A stretch of DNA of 64,000 nucleotides from Gemmatimonas sp. (GTDB lineage: Bacteria; Gemmatimonadota; Gemmatimonadetes; Gemmatimonadales; Gemmatimonadaceae), in NCBI GenBank assembly GCA_031414535.1, contig JANNVQ010000038.1, positions 32,001 to 96,000 on the forward strand, given 5' to 3'. Position 1 is the stretch's first letter; every line of letters starts with the position of its first letter. Shown here in pieces: positions 18,480 to 28,403 of this stretch. The notes beneath the pieces were generated by a model. It had not been told where the DNA came from, made no database searches, and saw only the letters and a list, made by a program, of their open reading frames with translations. The position numbers and the translations under genes were made by a program.

Positions 18480-18944
18480 ATGACGGACACAGTCGCGCTG
18501 CTGCGCGGCGTCGCCATCTTCAAAGATCTCGACGACGGGGAGTTAGCCCGCGTCGCAGAAGTATGTCGCACCAAGGAGTTCGTCTCCGGTGAGTACATCT
18601 TTAAGGAAGGCGAGGCCGGTAGCCGCTTGTATTTGATCGTGGAAGGCGACGTGCGCATCTCGCGCGTGGTCCCGGGCAGCGGTGAGGAAGCCTTGGCCGT
18701 CTTGAAGCCTGGCGCGCTGTTTGGCGAGATGTCCGTGTTTGATCGCAGCGAGCGCTCCACCGACGCCATCTCCAACGGCGGCACCAAGGTGCTGACCATC
18801 TCACGCAGCGACTTCGAGTTGTTGCTCGATTTCAATCGCGAAATCGCGTACAAGGTACTCTGGAGCTGCACTCGGCTACTCTCGGGGCGACTCAGAGCCA
18901 CGAATGACTCGCTGAGATCTTTCCTCGCGATGTCAATGTTCTAA
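18480..18944 (+). CDS. Stand-alone cyclic nucleotide-binding domain protein
   Basis: IFKEGEAGSRLYLIVEGDVRI and FGEMSVFDRSERST; no HTH. Confidence 0.9.
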   Translation: MTDTVALLRGVAIFKDLDDGELARVAEVCRTKEFVSGEYIFKEGEAGSRLYLIVEGDVRISRVVPGSGEEALAVLKPGALFGEMSVFDRSERSTDAISNGGTKVLTISRSDFELLLDFNREIAYKVLWSCTRLLSGRLRATNDSLRSFLAMSMF

Positions 18945-18949
18945 GGGCG

Positions 18950-19070
18950 AACAGATGACGGAAGACGGATGACGGAAGGGAACCTCACCTTTCCCCCTCA
19001 TCCCTTCTTCCCTTCACCTTTCGCTCTTCATTACTTCGCTTTTCTCTTTCGCTCTTCGCTCCTCGCTCTT
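18950..19070. repeat. Composite heptamer element: GACGGA(A/T) run (family B) plus (TTCGCTC)-type pyrimidine run (family C)
   Basis: GACGGAA GACGGAT GACGGAA at 18957-18977; TTCGCTCTTCATTACTTCGC...CTCCTCGCTC at 19020-19068, nearly identical to 40149-40210. Confidence 0.75.
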
Positions 19071-19073
19071 CTT

Positions 19074-20405
19074 ATGCGCCTTTTCCTTTGCGCTGCGGCG
19101 CTGATCCCGTCCGTCCTCTTCGCCCAAGCCCCCAGCACCATGGGCTTGCAGCGTGATCCGAAGATTGCCGCCGCGCTCGCCGACATCTCCCCGGCTCGCC
19201 TGCGCGCGCTCGACTCTGTGCTCGTGACCTTCGGCACGCGACACACGATGAGCGACACGGTATCGAACACGCGCGGCGTGGGTGCGGCGCGGCGTTGGAT
19301 CTACTCGCAGCTGCAGCAGGCTTCGCGCGATTGCAACGGCTGCCTTCGCGTGGAATACGACACAGGCTCCGCCGTCATCACGCGGCACATCGAGCGGCCC
19401 ACGTGGCCAATCGTGAACGTGGTGGCGTGGCTGCCCGGCAGAGACACAAACCGCGTGGTGGTGATTGGCGGACACTTTGACTCCTGCGTCTGCTCTTCAC
19501 CGAATCCGATGGACGCCACCGGCGATGCGCCGGGTGCCGATGACGACGGCTCGGGCACGGTTGCCGTGATGGAGCTCGCGCGCGTGGTGGGGAAGCACTT
19601 CCCGCAGGGTGTGGACGCGACCATCGCCTTCGTGCTCTACACGGGTGAGGAGCAGGGCCTGCTTGGCTCCACGCAATTCGCCGAGCGTTTGCAGCGCGAG
19701 GGCAAGACGGTGACCGCCGCCTTCACCGATGACATCATTGGCAATGTGGTGGCCGACGATGGACGCGTGGACTCCAGCTCGGTCCGCGTGTTTGCCGTGG
19801 ACTCACTCGCAGTAGGAGGCGGCGAACTCGCGCGCTACGTGTGGGCCGTGGGCGCGGTGTACCAACCGAACTTTGAAGTGCTACCCGTGCTGCGCCTCGA
19901 CCGACTCGGCCGCGGTGGCGATCACGCACCATTTCATCGTCTGGGCGTGCCCGCACTCCGCTTCTCGGAACGTCTTGAGAACTACAAGCGGCAGCATTTG
20001 GTGACAGACGTCTTTGAACACGTGAACTTTGGGTACATCGCCAAGGTGGCGCGCTTGAACTTGGCCACCGTGGTGTCGCTGGCATCTGCGCCCTCCCGCC
20101 CCGTGCGCACCGCCTATGGCCGCGATCGTGAGTCGGGAGGGCAGAGCTTTCAGATTCGCTGGGATACCGTGCCTGGGGTGGCCGGTTATGAGTTGCTCGT
20201 GCGTCGCACCACAGCGCCCACCTACACGCGCATTGTGCCGACGGGCAACCTCACGCAGTTCCTGCTCGACGAGCAGTTAGATGATGTGTGGGTGGGCGTG
20301 CGCGCGATTGGACCCAACGGACACCGCTCGCTCACCACGGTCGTCGGCGCGCCCAATGGCCCGCGTCTTCCGAACTTGCCGCGGCGTAGCGAGCCGCAGC
20401 CCTGA
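19074..20405 (+). CDS. Secreted M28-family metallopeptidase with C-terminal Fn3-like domain
   Basis: GGHFDS, PGADDDGSGT, GEEQGLLGS and GGDH motifs; signal peptide from ATG 19074. Confidence 0.92.
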   Translation: MRLFLCAAALIPSVLFAQAPSTMGLQRDPKIAAALADISPARLRALDSVLVTFGTRHTMSDTVSNTRGVGAARRWIYSQLQQASRDCNGCLRVEYDTGSAVITRHIERPTWPIVNVVAWLPGRDTNRVVVIGGHFDSCVCSSPNPMDATGDAPGADDDGSGTVAVMELARVVGKHFPQGVDATIAFVLYTGEEQGLLGSTQFAERLQREGKTVTAAFTDDIIGNVVADDGRVDSSSVRVFAVDSLAVGGGELARYVWAVGAVYQPNFEVLPVLRLDRLGRGGDHAPFHRLGVPALRFSERLENYKRQHLVTDVFEHVNFGYIAKVARLNLATVVSLASAPSRPVRTAYGRDRESGGQSFQIRWDTVPGVAGYELLVRRTTAPTYTRIVPTGNLTQFLLDEQLDDVWVGVRAIGPNGHRSLTTVVGAPNGPRLPNLPRRSEPQP

Positions 20406-20423
20406 GCAGGTGTTGAGTAGCCA

Positions 20424-21149
20424 GTGAGCGCGTTCGCGGGCTTTCGGCCTGAGTCCCTGAAGTTTTTAAAGGGACTCAAGCGACATAACGACAAGCCGTG
20501 GTTCGAGGCCAATCGGCCGGTGTACGAACGCGCGGTGAAGCAGCCCTTGCTGCACCTCGCAGAAGAACTGGATATCCGCTTTGCGAAGCTCGCGCCTGAA
20601 TTCGTGGCGCCCCCGAAGCGCGCCTTGTTTCGAATTCACCGGGACGTGCGCTTCTCGAAGGACAAGTCGCCGTACAAGACGCACGCGGCGCTCTGGGTCT
20701 TTCATCGGGATGCTGGGCGTGGGGTGGGGAGCGAAGCACACGGCGGCGCGGGCTTCTATTTCCACTTGGAGCCGGGGGCGTCGTTGGTCGCCGCGGGATA
20801 CTGGATGCCGCCGCGGCCCGCTCTGAATATCATTCGCGAACGACTCGCCGAGGACTATGCGTCCTTCGCGAAGCTCGTGAATGCCAGCCCATTCAAGAAG
20901 CGCTTTGGTGGACTCACGGATGATGAAGCCGGTGTACGACTGACCCGCGTCCCGCGCGGATTTTCGCCAGATCATCCCGCCGCGGACTGGCTGCGCTTCG
21001 CGTCATTTACCGCGTCACGAGCTCTCACGGACGCTGAAGCGCTCTCACCAAAACTGGTGGACGCAATCCTCAAGGATTACGCGCTGATGCTTCCGATGGT
21101 GCGCTGGCTAAACGGTACCCTCGGGCACGCCGCGGCCACGCGGCGCTAG
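20424..21149 (+). CDS. DUF2461 family protein
   Basis: NDKPWFEANRPVYE and FRIHRDVRFSKDKSPYKT motifs. Confidence 0.92.
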   Translation: MSAFAGFRPESLKFLKGLKRHNDKPWFEANRPVYERAVKQPLLHLAEELDIRFAKLAPEFVAPPKRALFRIHRDVRFSKDKSPYKTHAALWVFHRDAGRGVGSEAHGGAGFYFHLEPGASLVAAGYWMPPRPALNIIRERLAEDYASFAKLVNASPFKKRFGGLTDDEAGVRLTRVPRGFSPDHPAADWLRFASFTASRALTDAEALSPKLVDAILKDYALMLPMVRWLNGTLGHAAATRR

Positions 21150-23764
21150 ACCCGGCCGCGTACCACGCCTTCCACTCGCCGCGACGGGTCAAACAAGCGC
21201 TGGGCGAGTGCCTGCATCGTCTCTGGCGTCACCTTCGCTAGCTCATGAGGGTAGCGCGCGATCTCCTCAAGCTCTCCAAACAGGAATGCATCGGCGAGCT
21301 CGCTGAGCAAAGCAGCGCCGCTGGCCTGCCGAATCTGCCAAGCTCCCACTGAGTACTGGCGCGCCCGCTCCAACTCCTCGGGCCCGACCGCATGCAAGCA
21401 AAGCTTCTCGAACTCGGCGAGGAGTGCCTGACGTGCGGTGTCTTCTTTGGCAGGTGATGTCGCGATGTAGGCGGCAAAGGTCCCGCCTGCCGCGCGCGCG
21501 TAGGGCCGAGCGATCACGGTGTACGCGAGCGACTGCCGATCACGCAGTTCCTCAAAGAACCGGCCACCCAAGCCACTGGCAACACCGCCAATCATCTCGG
21601 CGTCGAAGCGTGCGGGATTATCGCGCGAGGGCCCATCGAAGAATATCGAGAGTGCGGTCTGCTGCTTCTCACGGGGTTCCACGCGCACTGCGACTTCGCG
21701 AGGCCAATCGGGACGAGGCACCTTGGGACGAGCAGCGAGCTGCAACGCGCCAAACACGGTGGCGAGTTGATCTGCGGTGCTCTGCGGATCAACATCCCCG
21801 ACCACGGCAATGACGGCGGCGGAGCGCAACACCCGCTGGGCGTGCCAGTCCTTTAGCACGCCGGTCGTGAGCAAGTTGAGGCTCTCTTCGGTACCGATGG
21901 TAGAGCGACCGTAGGGATGATTGGGCCACGCAACCTCCGCCGCGAGGCGCATCGGCTGGCGATACATGTCGTCGCGCAGCGCACCAAGCGAAGCGAGCGC
22001 CACGGCGCGTTCTGCCTCGAGTCCCTCTTCGGGGAAGGTGGGTTCGAGCAGTACTTCTGCGAGCAGGGTGGATGCTTCGGCCAGTCTCGCCGTGGGTACG
22101 CCGATCGTCCACTGCACGGCCTCGGTGCCCACGGAAGTGGACATCGAGCCACCGAGTCGCTCAGCATCCTCGGCGAGCTGTGTGGCGCTGCGCTTGGCGG
22201 TGCCGCGGAGCATTGTGCGTGCCATCACGGTGGACACGCCGCCGCGCTCAAGCAGTTCTTCCACCACGCCACCAGCAATGAAGCACCCCACGTGCGCGAG
22301 CCCAGCGCCTCGGCGCGGCTTGACGAGAATCGGAACACCGCCTGCCGTGCGAAACACGTGGACGCCATCTACGACGCGTTCCTTGATTGCAGGTGTGGGC
22401 GTGACGCGAACGATCGCCTCGCGACGCGGGGATTGCGGCAGCGCGGCGATGCCGGGCGCCTCGAGTAGCGCCCGCACTTCGTCGGCGTTCGCGCCTAGCG
22501 CAGTTGCATCGCGCGGGCGGTAGGCGACGATGGAGGCGTGCTCGGGGTCCAGCCAGCGCTGGGCTACCGCCGTGAGTCCGGCGGCATCGGTGCTGAGCAG
22601 TGCCTTCTGGTACGCGATGCCGTCTTCCCAGCCGCCGCTCAACTCCCACGAGCCAAGGAAGTTGGCTTGGCCTTCGGCGCTTTCGAGGCGGCGCAGCCAC
22701 TGGGCTTCCACGAGTTGGCGCGCGCGATCCACTTCGTCGCCGCTAATCTCACCGGCCCGGACACGGCGCAACTGATCATGAATGGTGCGCGCGGCCTCAG
22801 CGGCCTTGTCGGCCGGCGCTGAGGCGTGCACCACGAAGACGCCAACTTCCGTGGGCGTGTAGTTGTAGGCGCTGATGCTGGAGACGAGGCGCCGATCGCG
22901 CGTGGCGCGGACGAGTCGCGCCGCCCGTCCGGAGGAGAGCACTGTACCCAGCAGGTCGAGCGCCGGTGCATCCGGATGATTCGCCGCGGGTGTGCGCCAG
23001 CCGAATACGAGTTCCGTCTGCGAGATGTCACCGGCCCATTCGCGGACGCGGAATCCTGGAAGCGCATCCTCCTGCGGCCCCGGCGTACGCGTCACCGGCG
23101 CATCCGCGAGGTGAGCGTATCGCTTGGTCGCCTCGGCAATAGCAAGGTCGGGGTCTACGTCGCCGACGATGGCGACCACTGTGTTGGATGGCCGGTAGTA
23201 ATTGCGATAGAACGCGACGAGCTGTTCGCGCGTGAAGGTCCGCAGTGGGGCTTCACGTCCCATGCGCCAGCGGCGGATGCGATGCTTATCGTGAAGTAAT
23301 TCGAACATCGTCTCCAGCGCCAGCGGTCCAGCGGAGTCGGCCTTGCGCTTGGTTTCCTCGATGATGACTTCGAGCTCACGCCGCAGTTCGTCCGCATCAA
23401 TCACGGAGTTGGCATAGGCGTCAGCCTGCACTTCGAGGCCCGCGAGGAAGCCGCTGGCGGGCAGCACCGCGTAGTAGTGCGTGCGGTCGTAGATGGTGCC
23501 GGCGTTGAGGTAACCGCCGGCCATCTTGGTGGCGCGCGCGATCTCGCCCACCCCGCGTGTGGGCGTGCCCTTGAAGTACATGTGCTCCAGGACATGCGCG
23601 ATGCCCACGAGGTCGTCTGGCTCGTCGAAGTAGCCGGCGTTCACCCACGTGACAATGGCCACCACCGGCGCCGTGGTATCACGGCGCGCGAGTAGTGTCA
23701 GGCCGTTGGAAAGACGGACGCGCCTGACACTTTCAGGAGGCAGCAGTGAGGTGACGCTCGACAT
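21146..23764 (-). CDS. M16 (pitrilysin/PqqF-like) zinc peptidase, fused two-subunit type
   Basis: HxxEH in AHVLEHMYFKG; RFFEELRDRQSLAY in C-half; no signal peptide. Confidence 0.93.
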   Translation of the reverse strand: MSSVTSLLPPESVRRVRLSNGLTLLARRDTTAPVVAIVTWVNAGYFDEPDDLVGIAHVLEHMYFKGTPTRGVGEIARATKMAGGYLNAGTIYDRTHYYAVLPASGFLAGLEVQADAYANSVIDADELRRELEVIIEETKRKADSAGPLALETMFELLHDKHRIRRWRMGREAPLRTFTREQLVAFYRNYYRPSNTVVAIVGDVDPDLAIAEATKRYAHLADAPVTRTPGPQEDALPGFRVREWAGDISQTELVFGWRTPAANHPDAPALDLLGTVLSSGRAARLVRATRDRRLVSSISAYNYTPTEVGVFVVHASAPADKAAEAARTIHDQLRRVRAGEISGDEVDRARQLVEAQWLRRLESAEGQANFLGSWELSGGWEDGIAYQKALLSTDAAGLTAVAQRWLDPEHASIVAYRPRDATALGANADEVRALLEAPGIAALPQSPRREAIVRVTPTPAIKERVVDGVHVFRTAGGVPILVKPRRGAGLAHVGCFIAGGVVEELLERGGVSTVMARTMLRGTAKRSATQLAEDAERLGGSMSTSVGTEAVQWTIGVPTARLAEASTLLAEVLLEPTFPEEGLEAERAVALASLGALRDDMYRQPMRLAAEVAWPNHPYGRSTIGTEESLNLLTTGVLKDWHAQRVLRSAAVIAVVGDVDPQSTADQLATVFGALQLAARPKVPRPDWPREVAVRVEPREKQQTALSIFFDGPSRDNPARFDAEMIGGVASGLGGRFFEELRDRQSLAYTVIARPYARAAGGTFAAYIATSPAKEDTARQALLAEFEKLCLHAVGPEELERARQYSVGAWQIRQASGAALLSELADAFLFGELEEIARYPHELAKVTPETMQALAQRLFDPSRRVEGVVRGRV

Positions 23765-23770
23765 TCCTGC

Positions 23771-24514
23771 TCAACGCACCAGGGCTGAGCGGCGCATGAC
23801 GATCAGGCCTGCGACCAGCAAACCGAGACCATAGCCGACGACGTGAATGAGGTCGGTGGTCTGGAAGGTGTTGCCTTCCACAAGGGCCTTGGAGAGCTGC
23901 GCCATCGTCTCGATGGGCGGCAGGCCACGGGCCACGGGCTCCATCCAGTCGGGCAGCAGGTCCTGCGTCGACAACTGCTGCAGCGTACGAATGATGACAA
24001 AGGACAGAATGAGCGCGAGCCCATCGCGATTCGTGAGTGCGGCGGCGAGAACCGTCAGACCACCAATCAGCACGAGGGAGATAGCGAACGCTCCGATTGA
24101 GCCAAGTACGTTCACATCCGTCATGAACAACTCAATGGCCCCGGGCACAATACCGAACAAGGCCAAAAAGAGCAGCATCCCGACAACGAATCGTTGCAGG
24201 TAATAGTTGACCGGATTGACTTGGCGCGAAAAGAAGAACCGAACGTGTTGCTTGTCACGATCCAAAGCCACGCTCGACGACATGAACAGGAAGGCCCCGA
24301 GCGTGATGGCCAGCGAGGCCACGCTCTGGTAAATGGCCTTCACCGTATCCGCCTGCGTCGAATTGTTGGCCAGATCCACCACGTCCTGGCCATTTAAGAA
24401 GGCATATGTGGGAATGCCGCCCACGACGAGAAGAATGGCGAGCGGTGCGAGCCCTCGGACGGCCATTTCGCGGGCTTGCCAGGGGAGATACGCCAATAAG
24501 GGTCGTAGCGTCAT
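23771..24514 (-). CDS. ABC-2-type exporter permease
   Basis: Six TM segments; overlaps the ABC ATPase stop. Confidence 0.75.
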   Translation of the reverse strand: MTLRPLLAYLPWQAREMAVRGLAPLAILLVVGGIPTYAFLNGQDVVDLANNSTQADTVKAIYQSVASLAITLGAFLFMSSSVALDRDKQHVRFFFSRQVNPVNYYLQRFVVGMLLFLALFGIVPGAIELFMTDVNVLGSIGAFAISLVLIGGLTVLAAALTNRDGLALILSFVIIRTLQQLSTQDLLPDWMEPVARGLPPIETMAQLSKALVEGNTFQTTDLIHVVGYGLGLLVAGLIVMRRSALVR

Positions 24515-25413
24515 CGGAGCGTCACCGCCGAGCGGAAGGCTTCTTCAAGCGAGGACTCCGCGGGTGCAACGGCGACAATCAGTGTGCCCTGCGCGATTGC
24601 CGCTGCCAGTCCTGCGTTGAGCGCCGCCACATCCGCCGTACATTCCACGTCCGGTCCGTTCATGGTGGCACCCGGCAAATGTTCGATGAGCGCGTCAGGC
24701 ACCTGGGCGACCCGGATACGCCACCGACGCGCCGTGCCCTGCCCGGCCGACTCGCGCACGCTGACGATGCGCTGAATGTGGCCGCGATCAATGATGGCCA
24801 CGCGGTCACACAGGCGCTCGAGTTCGTCGAGATTGTGCGAGGCGATGATGATGGCGCGCTCCGGGCGCCTCAGCCCCGCGACGATATCGCGGAACCGCGC
24901 GGTCCACACGGGATCGAGTCCATGCGTGGGTTCATCGAAAATCACGAGATCGCGCTCGGCCAGTAGCGCCTGCGCGAGACCGACGCGCTGCAGATTGCCC
25001 TTGCTGAGGGCCTTCAGTTTCTTCTTGCGGTGCTCGTCGATGCCCACCGCCTCGATGACGCGCTCGACGGCCGCCCGACGCTCTGCCGCCGGCACACCGG
25101 ATAGTGCGGCGAGGCGCAGCAGCGCATCATCGGTGCGCCATTCGAGCGGGAAAGTCATCAGTTCGGGCAAGTAGGCCACGCCGGAGCGCTCCGCGAAACC
25201 GCGCGGCGAGAGCCCATCGATGCTCATCTCACCGGCGTCGGGCGTGAGCAAGCCCAGCAGCATGGCAATCAGCGTGCTCTTCCCTGCGCCGTTGGGGCCG
25301 GCGATGCCGACGACTTCCCCTCGTGTCACTTCTAGCGTGACATCTGAGACGGCGCGGACCGGCGAACCGAAGATGGTGCGGTAGGTCTTCCCGACGTTGT
25401 TCAGTACAATCAC
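24511..25413 (-). CDS. ABC transporter ATP-binding protein (exporter type)
   Basis: GPNGAGKS, LSKGNLQR, FDEPTHGLD and SHNL motifs. Confidence 0.93.
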   Translation of the reverse strand: MIVLNNVGKTYRTIFGSPVRAVSDVTLEVTRGEVVGIAGPNGAGKSTLIAMLLGLLTPDAGEMSIDGLSPRGFAERSGVAYLPELMTFPLEWRTDDALLRLAALSGVPAAERRAAVERVIEAVGIDEHRKKKLKALSKGNLQRVGLAQALLAERDLVIFDEPTHGLDPVWTARFRDIVAGLRRPERAIIIASHNLDELERLCDRVAIIDRGHIQRIVSVRESAGQGTARRWRIRVAQVPDALIEHLPGATMNGPDVECTADVAALNAGLAAAIAQGTLIVAVAPAESSLEEAFRSAVTLR

Positions 25414-26522
25414 TGCACAATTCGTAAAAGGCCTGCATCCGCGCTTCCGCGGAGAAAGCTCTCCGCATCACGCGTGGGAATCAGCATCCCGGTCAGCGAG
25501 AAGCCGCGACGAGCCTCTGACTGCATGAACTCTTCGAGCGTGCGCATCAGTTGCCCCGGCGTCGCATCGCGCATGGCCATCACAATCTCCTCCCAGCTGC
25601 CTTCATAGGGACGTCCGTCTCGGCCCACCACCTTGTGGTGAACAGGTCCGCCGCGCTGCTCGCTCAGATCGCTGAGCAGCGCTCCGAACAGCTCCAGCTG
25701 CGAACGCGCCTCTTCCTGCTCCTGTTCCACGGCGCGCTGCTCAATCTCACTGAGCATTTCCTCGAGCGGATCGCTGGGCGGCGTGAGCTCGACAAGTCGC
25801 TCTTCCCAGATTTTGAGCGAGGAATCGTCGTCGCGCAGGCGGAGGTGCGACTTCTTGAGTTCGAGCAGGCGCCAAATGCCGAGTTCGTCCCAGTGATCTT
25901 CGGGCTTGGTGCGATCGAGTTGGAACAGCGCGCCCTCGTACTCGCCCTGATCATAGAGGAGATTGCCGAGATAGATGCGCGCTTCGCTGTGCTCAGGATC
26001 GAGTTGCAGCGCCTTGCGCAGGGTCTCCACGGCTGCGGGTTCGTCGCCCAGGCGATGTTGCGTGTAGCCCACCATCGCGATGGCCTCGGCGTTCTCCGGC
26101 GTCTGCTGCACGGCGACATCAAAGAAGTCCTTGGCGTCTTCCATGAAGCCTTCGCGAAACAGCGCCCGACCCACCTGCAGCATCAACTCGATATCGTCGC
26201 TGTAGCCGAGCTCGAGGATGCGCCGAAAACTCCTGAGGCCGGCGTCGGTCTGACCGAACTTGATGAGCACCTCGCCGAGCCCGGCAAGCGCATCCTCGTG
26301 CTCGGGATCGAGGACTAGGGCCTCCTCGAAGGACCGACGCGCCCAGGCGAATTCCTCGCGGGCCAAGCGCGCGTATCCCACACCGACGTGCAATTCTACG
26401 GCGTTCGGATATAAACCGAGGCCCTCGCGCAGCAGCGTGAGTGCCTCGTCAAAGCTGCCTTCGTTGTAGAGCTGGTGCGCGCGCTCGTCGTACTCCTCAG
26501 AACTCAGGAACGGAGAGGGCAT
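25410..26522 (-). CDS. Tetratricopeptide repeat protein with uncharacterised C-terminal domain
   Basis: About 6 TPR units (ALVLDPEHEDALAGLG, ALQLDPEHSEARIYLGNLL). Confidence 0.88.
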   Translation of the reverse strand: MPSPFLSSEEYDERAHQLYNEGSFDEALTLLREGLGLYPNAVELHVGVGYARLAREEFAWARRSFEEALVLDPEHEDALAGLGEVLIKFGQTDAGLRSFRRILELGYSDDIELMLQVGRALFREGFMEDAKDFFDVAVQQTPENAEAIAMVGYTQHRLGDEPAAVETLRKALQLDPEHSEARIYLGNLLYDQGEYEGALFQLDRTKPEDHWDELGIWRLLELKKSHLRLRDDDSSLKIWEERLVELTPPSDPLEEMLSEIEQRAVEQEQEEARSQLELFGALLSDLSEQRGGPVHHKVVGRDGRPYEGSWEEIVMAMRDATPGQLMRTLEEFMQSEARRGFSLTGMLIPTRDAESFLRGSADAGLLRIVQ

Positions 26523-26623
26523 CTTGGGTCTGACCTCCAGCTCACAAGGTGGATACGACTAAGGTATCGCGCGGACCAACATGTCAACAGCCACCACCGC
26601 CGTCACAGATGCGGCCAAAAAGG

Positions 26624-27166
26624 CTAGGTCGGCGGCGTTCCTCGGGTACCCCGCGCCGGCCCGTCTGGATGCACCCGACACGCCGGTGGCTGCTCGATGC
26701 TGTACGTGAGGTTGGCGATGCGCCAACGCTCGCCGATGAGCACGAGCGTAAAGACATCCACGCCACAATGCGACCAGGTGTCGTCCACATAGAGGTCGTA
26801 CGGCAGCCACACCACGGCGATGGTGCCCGCGATGCGCAGGTCGGGCTCGAACCCGCGCTCGATGATCGGGTCTCGGCGACCGGCGGCGCGCTGCGATTCT
26901 GCGGTTCGCATCCGATAGTCGGGACGACCACTGCGCGTGCTTGCGGCGTACACCTGAGCCTCGGGTGTCATGAGGTCGCTCAGGCGTGCGACCTCACCGG
27001 TGTTGATGAACCGCATCGCGGAATCAACAACAGCCATCACGGCCGCTCGCTGCTCCTGGGCCTGCGCTGCGCCGGGAGCCGCGAGATGGAGAGCAAGCAC
27101 GAGCGCCAGGCAAAAGTGGCGGGGCAAACGGCGGGGCATCCGGAACTCCGAAAGGAGAGGGTTCAT
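26624..27166 (-). CDS. Secreted NTF2-like (putative lumazine-binding/SnoaL) protein
   Basis: Signal peptide ...AAQAQ; IAVVWLPYDLYVDDTWSHCGVDVFTLV...WRIANLTY; start 27166 or 27139. Confidence 0.8.
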   Translation of the reverse strand: MNPLLSEFRMPRRLPRHFCLALVLALHLAAPGAAQAQEQRAAVMAVVDSAMRFINTGEVARLSDLMTPEAQVYAASTRSGRPDYRMRTAESQRAAGRRDPIIERGFEPDLRIAGTIAVVWLPYDLYVDDTWSHCGVDVFTLVLIGERWRIANLTYSIEQPPACRVHPDGPARGTRGTPPT

Positions 27167-28089
27167 GCGGGGCGCTCGGCTAGCGATCGCGCGACCGCCG
27201 CGGCAAGGGCGGCGTTGGCCTCGAGTAGCGCGAGATTGGCCTGCAGCGAGCGCCCGTGCGTGGCCCGCTGCACAGCGGCGAGCAAATACGGCGTCACGGC
27301 CGCACCGCGCACGCCGGCCTCGCGGGCGGATGCGAGAGCCGCGTCTACTGCCGCATTCACGAGCGCGTCGTCGAGCGCCTCGGGTTCCGGCACCGGCTGG
27401 ACCAGCAACACCGCGCCCGGATGCCCCGTGCGCCACGACGCCCGTGCGATGGCGGCCACTTCGTCAGGGGATTCCGCACGCGAGGAGACTTTCAGCCCCG
27501 TTCGTCTCGTAAAAAACCCCGGAAACTCATCCGTGCCGAATCCGACGACGCTTACGCCGTACGTCTCGAGCCGCTCGAGCGTGGCGGGCAGATCGAGAAT
27601 AGACTTGGCTCCAGCGCAGACTACGACGACCGGCGAGCGCGAGAGCTCGAGGAGATCTGCCGACTCATCAAAGGCAGGTTCGCGATGCACGCCACCGATG
27701 CCTCCAGTGGCGAACACCGGGATGCCAGCAGCGCGGCAGATGGTGAGCGTGGCCGCCACCGTGGTGGCGCCGTCGGCGCGTTGGGCCATGGCGAGCCCCA
27801 AGTCCCGCGAAGAAACCTTGCGCACCCCGTCGCGCTGAAGGAAGCGCGCGTGCTCGCTCTCGCTCAGCCCAACGCTGAGCTCGCCTGCCACAACCGCTGT
27901 AATTGCGGGAACGGCACCGCCTGCGCGAACGGCGGCCTGCATACGCGCTGAGGCCTCCCCGTTGCTAGGAACGGGGAGGCCTTGTGCCAGCACAGAACTT
28001 TCGAGGGCGACAATCGGGCGACCAGCATCGCGGGCTGCGGCGACTTCAGTGGTCCAGCGGACCCAACCGTCGCTCTGCCCAAACGCCAC
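27163..28089 (-). CDS. psuG: Pseudouridine-5'-phosphate glycosidase
   Basis: VALESSVLAQGLP, GATTVAAT, FATGGIGGVHR, DESADL, AGAKSILD and VTPYLL motifs. Confidence 0.93.
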   Translation of the reverse strand: MAFGQSDGWVRWTTEVAAARDAGRPIVALESSVLAQGLPVPSNGEASARMQAAVRAGGAVPAITAVVAGELSVGLSESEHARFLQRDGVRKVSSRDLGLAMAQRADGATTVAATLTICRAAGIPVFATGGIGGVHREPAFDESADLLELSRSPVVVVCAGAKSILDLPATLERLETYGVSVVGFGTDEFPGFFTRRTGLKVSSRAESPDEVAAIARASWRTGHPGAVLLVQPVPEPEALDDALVNAAVDAALASAREAGVRGAAVTPYLLAAVQRATHGRSLQANLALLEANAALAAAVARSLAERPA

Positions 28090-28317
28090 TTAGGCGTCGT
28101 CGAAATCGTCGGCGCGACGCGTGTCCATGAGATCGCGTTCGCGAGCGTCCGGATCGAAGACCGCGAGGATCTTCACGTTCTCGCCAGCATAGCAATCGAA
28201 GGCCTTGCCAGTGCCGCGCTTGATCGAGATTTCGTGCCCGTCCTCGAAACGGAGGACAGCGGTCGGGAACTCGTTGTTGACGTACTGCTTGCGGAGCTTT
28301 TTCGCGGGCGTGGGCAT
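28090..28317 (-). CDS. Hypothetical small beta-rich protein (75 aa)
   Basis: Typical codon usage; stop abuts the psuG start. Confidence 0.7.
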   Translation of the reverse strand: MPTPAKKLRKQYVNNEFPTAVLRFEDGHEISIKRGTGKAFDCYAGENVKILAVFDPDARERDLMDTRRADDFDDA

Positions 28318-28403
28318 CGGAGTAGGCTAGGCGTTCAAGTGGGACCACGTCTCTCAAGCGAAGCTATCCCAGCAACGCTCACGGCGAAAGGGTCAGGACG
28401 GGG

